A DNA stretch of 64,000 nucleotides from the human T2T-CHM13v2.0 reference genome, Homo sapiens, in the NCBI RefSeq assembly GCF_009914755.1, contig NC_060925.1; one strand, given 5' to 3'. Below the pieces are notes generated by a model. That model was not told where the DNA came from, did no database searches, and saw nothing but the letters and a program-made list of their open reading frames with translations. Positions 47,290 to 64,000 of the stretch are shown here, piece by piece. Both the position numbers and the translations under genes were made by a program. Numbering within the stretch: position 1 is the first letter of the stretch; every line of letters begins with the position of its first letter.

Positions 47290-47791
47290 TGTGGGAGGCA
47301 GAATCATGGCCCTTCCACCCCTTGGAGATTTCCATGTCTTCATCCCCAGCACCTGTGAATCTGTGACGCTGCGTGGCAAAGGGACTTGGCAGATGTGATT
47401 AAGTGAGGGGTTTTGAGATGGGGAGATGACCCTGGGTTATCTGTGGGCCCAGTGGCACCACAAGGGTTGTGACAAGAGGGAGACAGGAGGGCCAGAGTCA
47501 GAAAGAGGTGGGAAGATGCCACGCTCCTGGCCTTGGAAATGGAGGACGGGATTGTGACCAAGGAATGCAGGTGGCTTCTCGAGGCTGGAAAAGGTGGGGG
47601 ATGGCTTCTCCCCTGGAGCTGCCCCTGCTGAAACCTCGCTTTTAATGAGAGCACAGCCCTGCCGAAACCTCGCTTTTAGCCCTGCGAACCCCTTGATGGC
47701 CTTCTGACCTCCACACCTGTGAGAACAGATTTGTGTTGTAAGTCACTAAGTTCGTGGTCATCTGTTACAGCAGCCATAGGAAACTAACACG
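47290..47791 (+). mobile_element. MaLR solo LTR, MLT1D-like, near full length, inside a MIR
   Basis: tgtgggaggcagaatcatggccc...ggcaaagggacttggcagatgtgattaag...tgttacagcagccataggaaactaacac; 5-bp TSD acaac/acagc. Confidence 0.9.
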
Positions 47792-48464
47792 ACAGCCCTG
47801 GAAAGAGGAAATTATCGTGGGCACCATTTTGCAGACCAGACCTGGGAGAGAGCGTCACTTGTCTGTGGGGCTGGGCTGGCAGGCATGGTGCTTGGGCTCA
47901 AAGCCTCAGGCCAGGGGCTCTGTTTGCCCTTTCTCTATGGCCCTCTCTGTGCATCTAGGATGGTGCTCTGCTGACTGGCCGGTATTCCCCTGCCCTTCCC
48001 TTGCGTCTTCCTGTCCTTTCACCCAGCACCTCTTTACTGAGTGACTGCGATGGGGGCTGACATGCTCTGCCAGGCCATGTTATTTTTATGTGCCTGTGTG
48101 TGTGTTTGGCTCTAGGGCCAGATCATAATGGCCTGAATGTACCCAGCACTTCTTACATGCTGCGCTCTGAGAGCTTTCCCTCCCCAGTGCCATTCATCCT
48201 TGCAACACTCTCACAGGACAGGCGCTGATACAATCTGCATTCTAGAGATGTGGGAACTGGCACAGAGAGGACATGACATCAGCCCAAGGTCACAGAGAAA
48301 GATGAGCAGAGCCAGAGTTAACCCCAGCTGGCTTCCAGAACCTGTGTTCTAATCCCTCTGGTGCAACCGTCTCCCACACAGAGCTGGTTTGGATCCCGCC
48401 TGCCCTACATGTTAGCTGCATGACCCAGGACATGCTCTTTGGCTTCTCTGCCTAACCCTCAGTT

Positions 48465-48769
48465 TCTTTTCTTTTCTTTCTTTTGAGATGGAGTCTCTGT
48501 CGCCCAGGCTGGAGTGCAGTGGCGTGATCTTGGCTCACTCCAACCTCTGCTCTGCCCCCTGGGTTCAAGTGATTCTTCTGCCTCGGCCTCCCGAGTAGCT
48601 GGGATTACAGGCACCCGCCACCATGCCCGGCTAATTTTTTTCTATTTTTAGTAGAAACGGGGTCTCACCATGTTGGCCAGGCTGGTTTCAAACTCCTGAC
48701 CTCAAGTGATCTGCCTGCCTTGGCTTCCCAAAGTGCTAGGATTATAGGTGTGAGCCACCATACCCGGCC
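48465..48769 (-). mobile_element. Alu (S-like), in a MIR
   Basis: Full dimer; TSD ccctcagtt. Confidence 0.95.
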
Positions 48770-50743
48770 CCCTCAGTTGCTAATCTCTGTAAAGCAGGGT
48801 GATGAGACTCACCGGATGGCACTGTTGGTGGGGATGAAATGAGATGGGAGAGATTAGGTGCTTACTCGGTGAGCTGCTCATTGTCACTGTCTCCAAAGGG
48901 TGTGGAGCTGTCTGGGGCTGACTCCAGGCACAAGGGACCCCTCCCTGGCCTGTGCATTGCTTAGCATTACCTGAGATGCTCTTCAGTCCATCCCTCCTCC
49001 CTACCTCCTCCTCTCTCTTCCTTTTTAAAAAAAATACAGTTTGTTGTAGAAAAATTAGAAAGTACAGAAAATGATAGACTAAAAGCAACTTTTAATCCTA
49101 CCATGATGTGTTTCTGTCCAGCTTCTTTGCTAGGCATGTATGCAAGTATGCATGATTGTTTTTATAGAACTGTGGTTTATTGCACATGCTGTTTCGTGGC
49201 TCACCTTTTTTTTTTTTTTTTTTTTTTTTTAAAGCTAATTACATATCATGAGCATTTCCCCAGGGGAACTTGTATTGTTTTGCAACAACCCACATGGCTC
49301 TCGATACATTTTTGCCAGGGGTGCAGGGCCTCTCCATGTCTGACCAAGCCCTGGGGCCCCTGAGATGTCAGGGAGGGAGGTGCATTGCCACAGAGCAGGA
49401 GGCCAGAGGCTGGGCTTTGGCCCAGCATGTGTGTGGGGGGCCACCTGTACAGAGATGGCTCCCCAGAGGCCTCGACGCTCACTCCCTGCTGAGGTCTGTG
49501 ATATGATGCCACCTGAGGGCCGCTCTGAGACTTCCCCTGGGGGGCTTCTCACTGCTCTCTACTCATCCAGTAAGGGGATCTGTGACCATGTGTGGGGTGG
49601 CACAGGAGAGACACACGGGGTCCTGGAAGCCCTCTGTGCACAGGATGGGCGGCCACAGAGGGAAGAGGGAACACATGCAGGTGAGGCCCCCGTGCCTGGA
49701 GGAGAGGCGGAGGGAAGGAGGGGGCGGGGAAGCAGCACACACGAGGCCATACCACGTGCCAGCCCCTGTGCCAGAGGATTTACATGCCTTCTTTATTTAC
49801 TCCGTACCAGAACCCTGCGAGGGAGGTAGTGTTGCCTCATTTTACAGATATGGAAACTGAGGCACGGAGAAATGCTAAGTGCTTTATCTGCATCATCTCA
49901 CTGAATCCTCACAGCTGGAAGTAGGACTGATACTTCACCCTGGTCCACATTCAGTAACTTGTCCCGGTGCACACAGCCAAGTGGCTGAGCCACAGTCATA
50001 TCCCAGGTCGTGGCCCCGGGGTGCTTACTTCTTCCCCCCTCACGCCTGGGAGCCCTGGTTCTCAACCCTGGCTGCATGCTGCAGCCTGCAGGGAGCTTAC
50101 CCCTGACCAACAGTCAGAGTCTCTGGGGCGGGGGCCCTGGCGCCCACATCTTCTAGGGGCGCCCTGCTGACTCTAGTGGGCCGCCAAGCCAGATGCTCTC
50201 TAAGGTCCTCAGCTTTGACATGCTGTACAACCAGGTCAAGTGGCCAGGGCCAAAAAGAGACCCAGCAGCAGGCTGAACCTGGGCTGCGTGTTCTTCCCTT
50301 TCCTTCGTGTCTCTTGATCGGGCCATCATGCTGGGAGGAGTTTCCGAGGCGGGCGGTGACACTGTGTGGGGCTGTCCTACGCAAACTCTCCTGTCCTGTC
50401 CCTCCCTGTGCTGCAGCTTGGGTTTTCCTTGAGGCCTTATAAGGCAAATGTCATTCCAGTCCTTTCTAGTCCCATCCCCAAAGGTGAAGTTCTTTCCTTT
50501 CTCATATTTGTTATGCCTTGTCCTGGCAAGGGCCCCAGAATGCTTGTGCGTGTGGACCATGCTGGCCAGGAATCCTTAGCTTGTTCTGGTTTTGGGGGTC
50601 TCCTCCCCGACCACCCACATGGTGCAGCCTCTGGGAAGGGACCCTTGGAGGTTCACTGAGAAACTGGGGCCTGTAGCAGCCCCTGCAGGGGTGGCGGGTG
50701 CCATTCTCTGGAGTGGGGCTTCTTATCTTTAAAACAGGCTGGG

Positions 50744-50913
50744 GGCCCGGCGCGGTGGCTCATGCCTGTAATCCCAGTACTTTGGGAGTACTAGGCGGAT
50801 CCGAGGCAGGTGGGTCACCTGAGGTCAGGAGTTCAAGACCAGCCTGGCCAACATGATGAAACCCTGTCTCAACTAAAAATACAAAAAAAAGTAGATGGGC
50901 GTGGTGGCACACG
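50744..50913 (+). mobile_element. 3'-truncated Alu
   Basis: Left arm, linker and ~20 nt of right arm; no tail. Confidence 0.9.
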
Positions 50914-52020
50914 GGGACCTACCCCTCCCTGCCCTGCTGCTCTTTGGAGAGAGAAGAGGTGGGGCACAAAGGTGCTTGGAGCTCTGTGGACCAGAAACGC
51001 ACCAGGTGGCCTTCTGGTGCACTTGAACTCCTCTGCCGGCAATGTAGGTTGCTGCTTGGGGGTGCTGGGAGGGGTCCTTTCCTCTCTTCCCTGCTTCTGC
51101 ATCTGCTTCTGCCTTTTCCTCCCCATCTCCTGCCCCTCACCATGGATTCAGCTTCTTTCCTTTGCATTCAGGTTGCTGGCCTTACTCTCATTTGCAAGCT
51201 GAGAGGCATTAGGAGAGCAGGAAGCTCAGATAAGGGTGAGATAATTGCCTCTTACTGGTTTTTATGGCTCTTTTATGACCCGGAGGCCCCTGAAGGAGTG
51301 TTTGTTCACAGGGAGAATTAGACACGGCAGCCCTGCGTGGCTTCCATGGACAGCGGCTGGGAGAGGCTGCTCCGGGTGGGTACAGGGTGGGTCCAGGGCC
51401 TTGGCAGGCATCAGGGAGGGTCACGGGTACAGGAGGGGCCCCCAGCCTCATTTCTTGCCGTGCCCTCTTTGCATGCGTGTCTTGAGCTGGAACGTTGCTC
51501 GTGTCCCTGCTCCCCCAACTTTATTCCTCTTCCCCTGCCTGGGAAGCCCTTTCCCCATCTCATCGGCCCGAGGAACACCTGCTCCAGTCTAGGGAGGCAG
51601 CGGAGGTGGTCCTGAGAGCAAGGCTTTGCAGATAGATCACCGGGGTTCAAACTGCCGCTGTGCCACTTGCTGGTCAGGTGACTTGGGTAGTGGGGGTGGG
51701 CAGGAAGTGACCTCTCTATGCTGTGGGGACCCCCATTCCCCAGCCCAGTACACCAGAGCCAGTACCTGGGCTGGTCGCTCACTGGGTTTTGATAAGGTGC
51801 AGCGAGGAGGAGCCTCCCCCTGCCTATGAGTCGGCTCATCAGGTGTTTCCAAATCCCTCCTGAAGTTGCCTGACCTCACCCAGTGATGCCTCTGCCCACC
51901 TCCACGTCACCTTTACAGTTTACATGGGGCTTTCTCTGGTGTTCTCTTGGTTAAACTGCATTCTTTCGGTTAAAGCGTGCTGCAGCCTTTGAGCTGGGTG
52001 TTACGCTTTCTCTTGGACAG

Positions 52021-52700
<680 letters not shown>

Positions 52701-52977
52701 GATGGAGACTTGAACTTGAGCCTCTGAGTGTGCCGAGGGCTACTGCTCTCTCTCTCTCTTTTTTTTTTTTTATAAAATGGTAGCTAAACAGGCAAGATCT
52801 GAGGTAACCATATGCCACAGCAAACCTGTGATGTAGGTGAATGTCTACATGCAAGTTCTCGACTTCCAGGTGGTCTGGTTGAAACAATAGAAGCTTTGCA
52901 GGTAGACGTAGTGTAAGATCCCAGCTCCCACTAATTAGCTGAGTGATTTCTGGGTAATTGAAACTTTGTGAGGCTCA

Positions 52978-53541
<564 letters not shown>

Positions 53542-53804
53542 TCAGGATGTTTCTGTGTTGAGGAGGTGGCGGCTCAGCGAAGCAGCTGTTAGAAATCGGG
53601 GTTCAGGTGGCTCCCATCAGCCCATCACCCACCTTCCTGGTCCAGAGAAGCCCTGTCCTCTCTTGGCCTTTACTTCCTGTCATTGGTGGAAAGTGTCTCC
53701 CCAGGACCAAATGTGCTGCCTTCCTTGCCCTGGGGTGACACTGTTGACTTCTGGCAGTGAAATGTGAGCTGACACTTGCTCCTCTAATAGGGCAGGTGAC
53801 TTAG

Positions 53805-54005
53805 ACCTGCACCACCCAGTCCAGTGGCCACTAGTCATGTGTAGCTATTTAAAATTAAATTACTTGAAATCAAATAGAGTTAAAAATTAAGTTCCTTAGT
53901 CCCACTAGCCACATGTCAAGTGCTCAATAGCCACGTGGCTGGTGGCTGCTGCACCGGATAGGACAGGCAGGAGCATTCTCGCCACCACCACCGCTCTGCT
54001 TATTA
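53805..54005 (-). mobile_element. MER3-like hAT DNA transposon
   Basis: gccactagtcatgtgtagctatttaaa...cactagccacatgtcaagtgctcaatagccac. Confidence 0.85.
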
Positions 54006-54399
54006 TCTGAGAGGCAGTGGAGGGTGGCACTCAGAGCCCAGCTTGGGAGCTAGACAAGCTGGCCTCATGGTCTGGCCCTGCCACTCCCTGGCAGAGTGAT
54101 CTTGGGCAGGTTCTTCTACTTCCCTGCAGAATGCAGAAGATGCCAGGATCCTGTGTGGTGCTGGGAAGGTGAGGCAGAGGGCCTGGCTCACAGGAGGTGC
54201 TCAACAGCAGAGATCCCTCCTCGCAGCCTCCTCCCCTCCCTCTTCCCCTGCCCTGTCCTACTCTTCATCTGCTACAGGCTCGGGTGCCAGGAAGGGAAGT
54301 TCAAGTTGATTCTTTGGCAACGGTGCTGTTCTCTTGACAGTCTAAGGCCTCTGCCCTCTAGGTTGGCATAAGTGGTCTTTGGTCTTTGTTTTGTTTTTT

Positions 54400-55400
<1,001 letters not shown>

Positions 55401-55431
55401 ACTTACAGTCTTTTGAAGCTTTGCAAGTCTT

Positions 55432-55827
<396 letters not shown>

Positions 55828-56046
55828 TAGGGAGAGACGAGACAGCCCCCTTGCGGAGAGTGCTTGGTGCTTATCACTGTGAACAAGGTTGATCTTCATG
55901 CTCTTGTGAAGTGCCAGCCCAACCTTATGCACGCCTTCTAAAGATGAGGAGCCTGGGGGCTTGTCTGAGGCCAACTCCACCTCAGGTCTCCCCAGCAGCC
56001 TGGCCCTCAGCCCACTTTTGCCCATCATGTCCCGCTGACCAGGTGA

Positions 56047-56238
<192 letters not shown>

Positions 56239-57492
56239 TAGCAAGCTCCAGGATATTCTAGTCTTTCTAACCCAAGAGAGCTGATGTGGGCTCCTGTGAG
56301 CCCAGGGTTCATCCTCACCGGGGGCTTCTGTGGCCCTGGAGGACCAACCACCGCCCCCAAGAGCCAAGGTCCAGGATCAGTTGACACACCCAGTTTTTCA
56401 TCTGCTCCTCAAATACTTACGAAGTTCCCACAACAGGCCAGGGCGGCCCAGTGGTGGGAGTGCCCTGGGGACCAGAATGAGGTCCCTCTGTTAACAGAAC
56501 CAGACACCTTGCCATGGGAAGGTGCCTGCCCAGATGAGCCCTCCAGAAAGAGAGGGAGGCAGCAGGGGTGGGGGAAAGAGGGTCCCAGACAGAGGGGCCA
56601 ACTTGTACAAGGGCCTGAGGGCAGGAGGACCCCTGACTCCCGGGAAGCAGCAAGGGCCTCATCTGTGGGGTGTGGGGGAGCGTTATGGGGTGAGGTGTGG
56701 CTGCGGGCCCTGCAGCTCCTCAGGGCCCCAGAGGCAGTGCTTAAGGTTCTCAAGGCAATAGGAAGCCACAGAAGGAAGGCCAGTGATGTGGCTGCCTTTG
56801 CCTTTCAGTCCTGTTGCACTGGGGTGGGGGCAGTGTAGGAGACCAGGTGGGGAAGGGTGGAGCCTGCTGGGAGGCTATCGTGGTCTTGTAGGACAGGAAG
56901 TCTGAGGGTGGGAACTAGGGGTCTAGAGAGAGGTGGGCAGGCCTGGGAGCTGGTGTGGGGAGGAAGAGGGGGCTCTGACAGGGCTCTAGGGGCCCAGGAC
57001 CTAGGGAAGCATCACAGGCCAGTGGGTCTCGTGACTTCTTCCTGGAAGGCCTGTGGGTCAAGGACCGGCTCCCATCAGGGGTGGGGGCTGGTTTTCCAAG
57101 TCCTAGCACTGCTCAGTGACGAGGGTCTAGCCCCGGGGTCCTGGGTGACTGAGGATGCTAGGGCCAGGGCACAGGTGCTGGACTGCGTCATGCTCCCTGC
57201 AGGGGCCGGGAGCAGCTGTCCATTAGCCAGATGGGCAGGCCTGCGGGCAGCAGGGAGCCAGGTGGGGTCTGTGCAGTCACTGGGAGGGCGCCTTGGAGGG
57301 GGTGGGGGGCGGGGAGAAGCGAGGGAGCCGGCATCCCCTGAGGGCAGCTGGCGGAGCTAAGGGCTGGGCTGGGCTATCAGAAAGGAGGGTGCTGCGTGCC
57401 ACCAGCTGGTGCAGTCCTGATGTCATCTGCAGCACCTCTGGCCAGGCTGCCACAGCCCACGGTGGTGCTGTCTCTCCCCACTTCCCTCCCAG

Positions 57493-57576
57493 TTGACCGG
57501 TTCACTTTCCCCGCCCTGGAAGAGGATGTGATTTATGACGACGTCCCCTGCGAGAGCCCAGATGCGCATCAGCCCG
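57493..57576 (+). CDS. ARHGEF10L: Coding exon, 84 nt, (I)[27 protein letters not shown](G)
   Basis: Acceptor ctctccccacttccctcccag|TT; donor CCG|GTATGA; phase 1-1; within ORF 57396..57704. Confidence 0.96.
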
Positions 57577-60062
57577 GTATGATGTCTGCAGTGCTTCCCT
57601 GTTTCTCTTGGGGACAGGGGAGGGAGGCTGGGACTGGGGAGGGTTGTCTCTTTCCGTTTCCTTCTGTCCCCACCTGGCCAAGTGCCCCTCCTTCTTGTCT
57701 TTAGAAACAACTGTAGTCATCGGGGAGAATCTGGAGATGGCTGAGGGCGTGGCCACCGGGGCCGGGCAGGGCTTGGGCATCATGGGCAGGGCCATGCTCC
57801 GGCTATGGGTCCCCGGGCAGGTAATCACCTTTCTAAGCCTTGGTTCCTCCTTCAGGAAAATGGGGCCATACCCCAGGCTTTCTGGGGCTGTTGGGGAAGA
57901 CGACAGACTGTTACACTCAAAGGGTGAAGCAGATAAAGCTTTGCAAAGCCCTGCGCCCTGCTCTGGGTTGAGGGCTGAGGTGGGCAGGCAGGCAGGCGAT
58001 TGTGGCCGCAGAAGGGAGATGGGGCGGGCCTGGGGCGAGTCTTGCTGGAACTCACCTGATGGAAGAGAGGACTGTTCATTGGCAATTAACAGGAAGAGCC
58101 GTCTTTGCTTGGACACGTTAGGCCAAGCATATTTTCAATCATGTAATGGCTTCAAGACTTTGGGATGTTACCTTCTCATTTTACAGACAAGGGAACGGCA
58201 GAGGCAGGGCTAGGATTTGAATGTGGGTCATTCTGACCCCCAGTTCAATGCTCTGTCCCCTACCCCAGGAGGATTTCTGTGGCATTTTGTGACAGATGAG
58301 GCACATTTGATCCCACTGATCCCACGACCCCTTGAGGTCAGCAGGGCCAGGCTTATTTATGGCTCCCATGATGAAGAGGTTAAATCACCAGCCCCAGAGT
58401 ACACAGCCAGGATTTGAACAGCGACTTCTTTTCCTACTATGCGATTCTTCCTGTTTTCAGGGGCTCTCCGTCCAATGGGGAAGCACAGCCCCTGCTTTTG
58501 AGGAGCTCCGAGTCTGATGGGGCAGCTCTAACCATCCTTGAGCAGCACAGAGCGCAATGGGAGAGACACACAGACAACACGGCAAGGCCCGAGGGCCCCA
58601 GAGCCACACTCCTGACTCCTGTCTCAGGAACGGGGACACCTGGGCCAAGGATATGCTTATCCCTTTAGCAAGCCTGGGATGTGCTTGGAGCACATTTTCC
58701 TGTTTGTAGCTCACTTGAGTCCAGGGAGCAATGGATTCCCACTGTATTAGGAGGCAAAGGAGTCTCAGAAAAGTCCCAGAGCTGGGAGGTCTGAGCGGCT
58801 GAGGGGCCTCAGTTGTTGTTTAACCCATTTGGCCTATTTCCCACCTGAATTCAATCAAGTCACTAAGTCCCTGGCTCCTGTCTTCACTGTCCTCAGGGTC
58901 TGGGAGGATGTGGCATGTTCATGGCCTGGGTGTCACACAGCCTGTGTTTGCACCCTAGCTCTGAGCCTGCAAATGGGGACCACAGTACCCACCCCAGGAT
59001 CCCCATATGCTGGGCTGTGGGAGGATCATTTGTGACAAGGCTGCACAAAGCTCAGTGCAGGGTGGAGTTTTGGAGATGCTTTTCACACAGGGCCACTGTT
59101 GCTGTTGTTGTTAGTGTTATGCCTGCCGAGGGTCCCAGCACTGGCCTGCCTGGGGCTGATGTGGGCTCAGCAGAAGCTTGGAGAGGAGCTCGGGCCAGCT
59201 CTGCCATTGATTTGGGCACAGGGCTTTGTGCCTTTGTGCCTTGGCTTCTTCACATAAAGCAGGAAAATCCCCAGCTCACAGGCCTTTGGGGAGGGTCACA
59301 CGGGGTCCTGACCAATCTCTCTGGGCCTCAGTTGACCCATCTGTAGAACTGGGGCAATAATAGCCAGTCCTAGGGTGGTAGCGTAGATTCCATGAGGTAA
59401 TTGATGAGGACACTGAGCAGGAAGCATGAGGGGACCCTTATGTGGTCCCTGAAAGCTGAGGAGTTGGCCCTCGGGCTGCACACAGGCACAAGAGTTCTGT
59501 GACTCTGTCTCCACTGGAGAGGATATTTCTATATGTGTAGATGGCGGGGACTTCAACGGAAGGTGGTACAGAACCCTGGCCCCGTTCACTGTCTTACTGT
59601 GGCCAGCCACATCTCTCCCATCTGTCTAATAGGAGGAGTGATCATTCACACCCTGCTGTCTGCACAGGGCCGCTGGGAGCCGTGGCACACCGAGGATGGA
59701 GGTGGTTGGGTGCACGGCTCAGCCCTGTGGAGGCGTGGACCTGCCACATGCTGCCAGGGTTCCTCCTCAGGGCTACCCTGAGAACTCTGCCTCTTTGGCC
59801 ACTAGTTCAGGGGCCTCCACTGCAATAACAGGACAATCAGCCTGGCCTTCTGAAGGTCGCAGCTGCTCCACTCTCTAAAGACATTAGTTACTATTATCTT
59901 TTGCTTAAAAATAGCCTCATGTTCCCTCCTGGTTCTGGGACCCGTCTCCCACTAAGCTTTGGCACATCTGTTTTGTTCTTTGGCTGACACTCTTGCCCCC
60001 AACCTCTCGCACCCCACCTTTCCTGTGGGGTGAAGCTGGGGGGCCCTGGGTCTATGGACTGA

Positions 60063-60579
<517 letters not shown>

Positions 60580-61092
60580 GATTCCTTTTTTTTTTTTTTT
60601 AAAAAAACACAAAAACAAAAAAACCCTTCCCAATGCTATATTTCTTCTGTGATGACAAAAGCATTTTCATCTTCATGTACTTTTTGGCGTCTGACCCCAG
60701 TTTCATGAGGTCTGCAGTTCTCCAGGTAACAGATGAAGAAATGAAACCCAGTGGGGCAAAGGGCCTTGCCCAAGATCCCCCAGTGACGGAGCTGGGGCTG
60801 GGACCCTGTGTTCCGGCCTCGGGACAGTGGCTTTCCCACCTCAGGCTTCAAGTGGCATCTCATAGCCGAGTTGAATGGGCCCCACGAGTGCCCTGGCCCT
60901 TGTGGGACCTGTCCCTCCAGACTCTTAGCTTTTTGTCCCCAAGTTTTCAGTCCAAGGCATTTCCCGCAGGCTTAGGAAGGAAAGGAGCTCCTGGACTCTG
61001 GGCCAGCTGCGCCCCCTACTGGAAGATCCCAGGCTGCACGTGAAGTCAGATTTGGGGTGAGGAGCCCTGAGGCCCCAACAATCTCTGTTTCA

Positions 61093-61470
<378 letters not shown>

Positions 61471-61740
61471 TGCCAAGGAGGCTCACAATGAGCGCTGAGA
61501 CCATACAAAAGCAGTGCTGGGAGCAAAAGGAAGTGAGCGGGCTTGTGCACGTCTGACCCATTTCTTGGGTTTTCCCCATTTTCTCAGGCCCTCCTTGCCC
61601 TACGAGGGGGAAAATGTATTATCATCTTCGTTTCATGGTTGAGGAGGTAGAGCTGGAGCCCCAGGGCCCCCATGTTCTCCCTGACCCCCCCTCGCCCCAC
61701 CTGGGTTCAGAAATTGGGTCTGAGGCTGGAAGTCTGGTAG

Positions 61741-62100
<360 letters not shown>

Positions 62101-62756
62101 TGAGAGGGGAGCCAGAAGCCCAGGTCATCCCGAAACAGGAGGTGACTCGTAGACATTGCTGTTGGCAGCCCTAAGCCCGGGATGGGCATGGCTGGTACCT
62201 GGCACAGGTGCTCCCCCCACCCCCTTGCTATGGCAGACCTGGTCAATTGATCCTGATGCTCACGGGCTCAGACTGGGCTTCAGAGTCCTCTCAACGCCGC
62301 ACTCCAGGTAGCCCAGCCACTTGCTTAGAGGTGGAGCCTGGATCAGATCCACTTGCTCTCCCCGCCTTCTGGGACTGATGCTCAGACCAGGCCTCAGCCC
62401 GCGCAGTCCTCTCTGCTCTGGGGCAGTGGAGAGTGGGGGCTGCTGTGGCTAAGCCAGAGCGGCCTGGAAGCCTTCTCTCCAGGGCCTCACACGGTGCCAT
62501 CCATGCATTCAGCTTTCCTCGTGTTTCTGCCTGGAGTAGAGACCATTCTGCTTATTTCCTGGAGGGGAGCCCCTGAGGCTGTGAGGGGGATAGGTCATCT
62601 GGTTCCTTCTTTCCCATGGCACCCATGCTCCTTCCCTGTTGTTCTGCGGAAGCCACCAAGAGGCAGTGTCTGTCCGTGCTGAGATTTGCAGTTTCATGGG
62701 GACAGCTTCTTACAGGCCCTGACTGAGCAGAGGGGATGGCGTCCCTCTCAGGCTAC

Positions 62757-63067
62757 TTTTATGTTTATTTTTATTAATTATTCTTTTGAGGCAGAGTCTC
62801 ACTCTTTCGCCCAGGCTGGAGTACAGTGGCCCTATCTCGGCTCACTGTACCCTCTGTTTCCTGGGTTCAAGCAATTTTCTGCTTCAGCCTCCCAGGTAGC
62901 TGGGATTACAGGCGTGCACCATCATGCCTGGCTAATTTTTGTATTTTTGTAGAGATGGGGTTTCGTCATGTTGCCCAGGCTGGTCTCAAACTCCTGGCCT
63001 CAAGTGATCCACCTGCCTCGGCCTCCTAAAGTGCTGGGATTACAGGTGTGAGCCACCATGCCCAGCC
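62757..63067 (-). mobile_element. Alu (S-like)
   Basis: T-rich tail plus dimer. Confidence 0.94.
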
Positions 63068-64000
63068 TCAAGCTCCTTTTAAAAGATGTAGCGGGGCGGG
63101 AGAGCTCCACCTGGGGCCATTCCTGCATGGGCAGGGTGGGGACAAGAGAGGGGACTTTCCCAGTGCCTCCCACCTTTTCTGGGCTTGGGGGATCCACTCT
63201 GGGAGAGGCATGCTGGCCGGAGGAACACCCACACCTGAGTCCTCAGGCAGCCATTCCTCAGACCAAGATGGGCTCCCTGAGTCCTGAGCAAGCCTGGGAC
63301 TGAGCAGGTCTCTCTCAGCCTGCTGTTTCCAGGGATGGGCCTCCAGGGGTGGGCTGTGGAAAACAGCCTTAATGTCTTGCTAGCCAAAAAGCGAAGCATT
63401 TACAACACCTACTGTGTGCCTAGTCCATATCTTCAGTTGTGGGACGGGATACATTGGAACAGGAAGACCTAATCTGTGCTCAGTGAACCTTTACGGTCCA
63501 TAGGAGACACTGAATGGGAAACAGTTTGTCAAAAATGAACACAAAATGCTGGTCATCATGATCAGTGTGGTACAATTTTCAAAGCTAAACTATCATGCCC
63601 TTCAAAACATAATGAAGACAAAAATGCCTTTACGTAAACATGAGCCTGTGTCCAGCCTGGCTGTGTGCCTGACAGGGGTAGGGACTGATGAGACCAATCA
63701 GAGACGCCTCTGAGAGCGGTGAGTTGGAGCTGGGCTTAGGAGCTAGAGGAGACAGGACAGGTGATCCAGGCTGGAGGAGCGGCCCAGGCAGAAGCCCAGG
63801 AACAGCTCGTTGCTGCTTCCTGCAGTTCAGAAGGGGCAGCATGCACTGCTTTAGGGAAGGGGGCTTTGGTTATGAAGCCCCCACTCCCCCCAGTAGCCTC
63901 TCCATATGGCAGGACCCGTGCGTCCCAGCCCTGCTCTGGGCAGTGTGACCAGATGGGGCTCTCGAGTCCTGGCCCAGCCTTTTAGCCTCAGCCTCTGGCG

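Overview
Primate genomic DNA, almost certainly human, GC-rich and dense in Alu, MIR and L2 repeats. The window lies inside ARHGEF10L (Rho guanine nucleotide exchange factor 10-like) on the + strand. Six consecutive exons with canonical AG/GT boundaries and matching phases (34540-34619, 41447-41632, 42433-42466, 56112-56203, 57493-57576, 61787-61962) splice into a 43-nt partial 5'UTR plus 609 coding nt. These encode the acidic N-terminal 203 aa (MASSNPPPQPAIGDQLVPG...[10 protein letters not shown]...KHRVSFQPK). The first ~34.5 kb is upstream intron; I saw no promoter CpG island, and the DH/PH domain exons lie beyond the window end. The rest is about 33 Alu elements or fragments (including a FAM), MaLR and ERV1 solo LTRs, hAT DNA transposon relics, L2/MIR/old L1 fragments and tandem repeats. 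Repeat family names are from recalled consensus sequences and their boundaries are approximate. Nearly all ORF-track entries are spurious. I found no convincing new biological system. The best leads are a candidate in-frame cryptic exon ending at a (UG)25 tract, an apparent gene-conversion tract between two neighbouring Alus, a NAGNAG acceptor, a weak donor on the start-codon exon, and short linear motifs (YDDV, RVxF) in the N-terminus.
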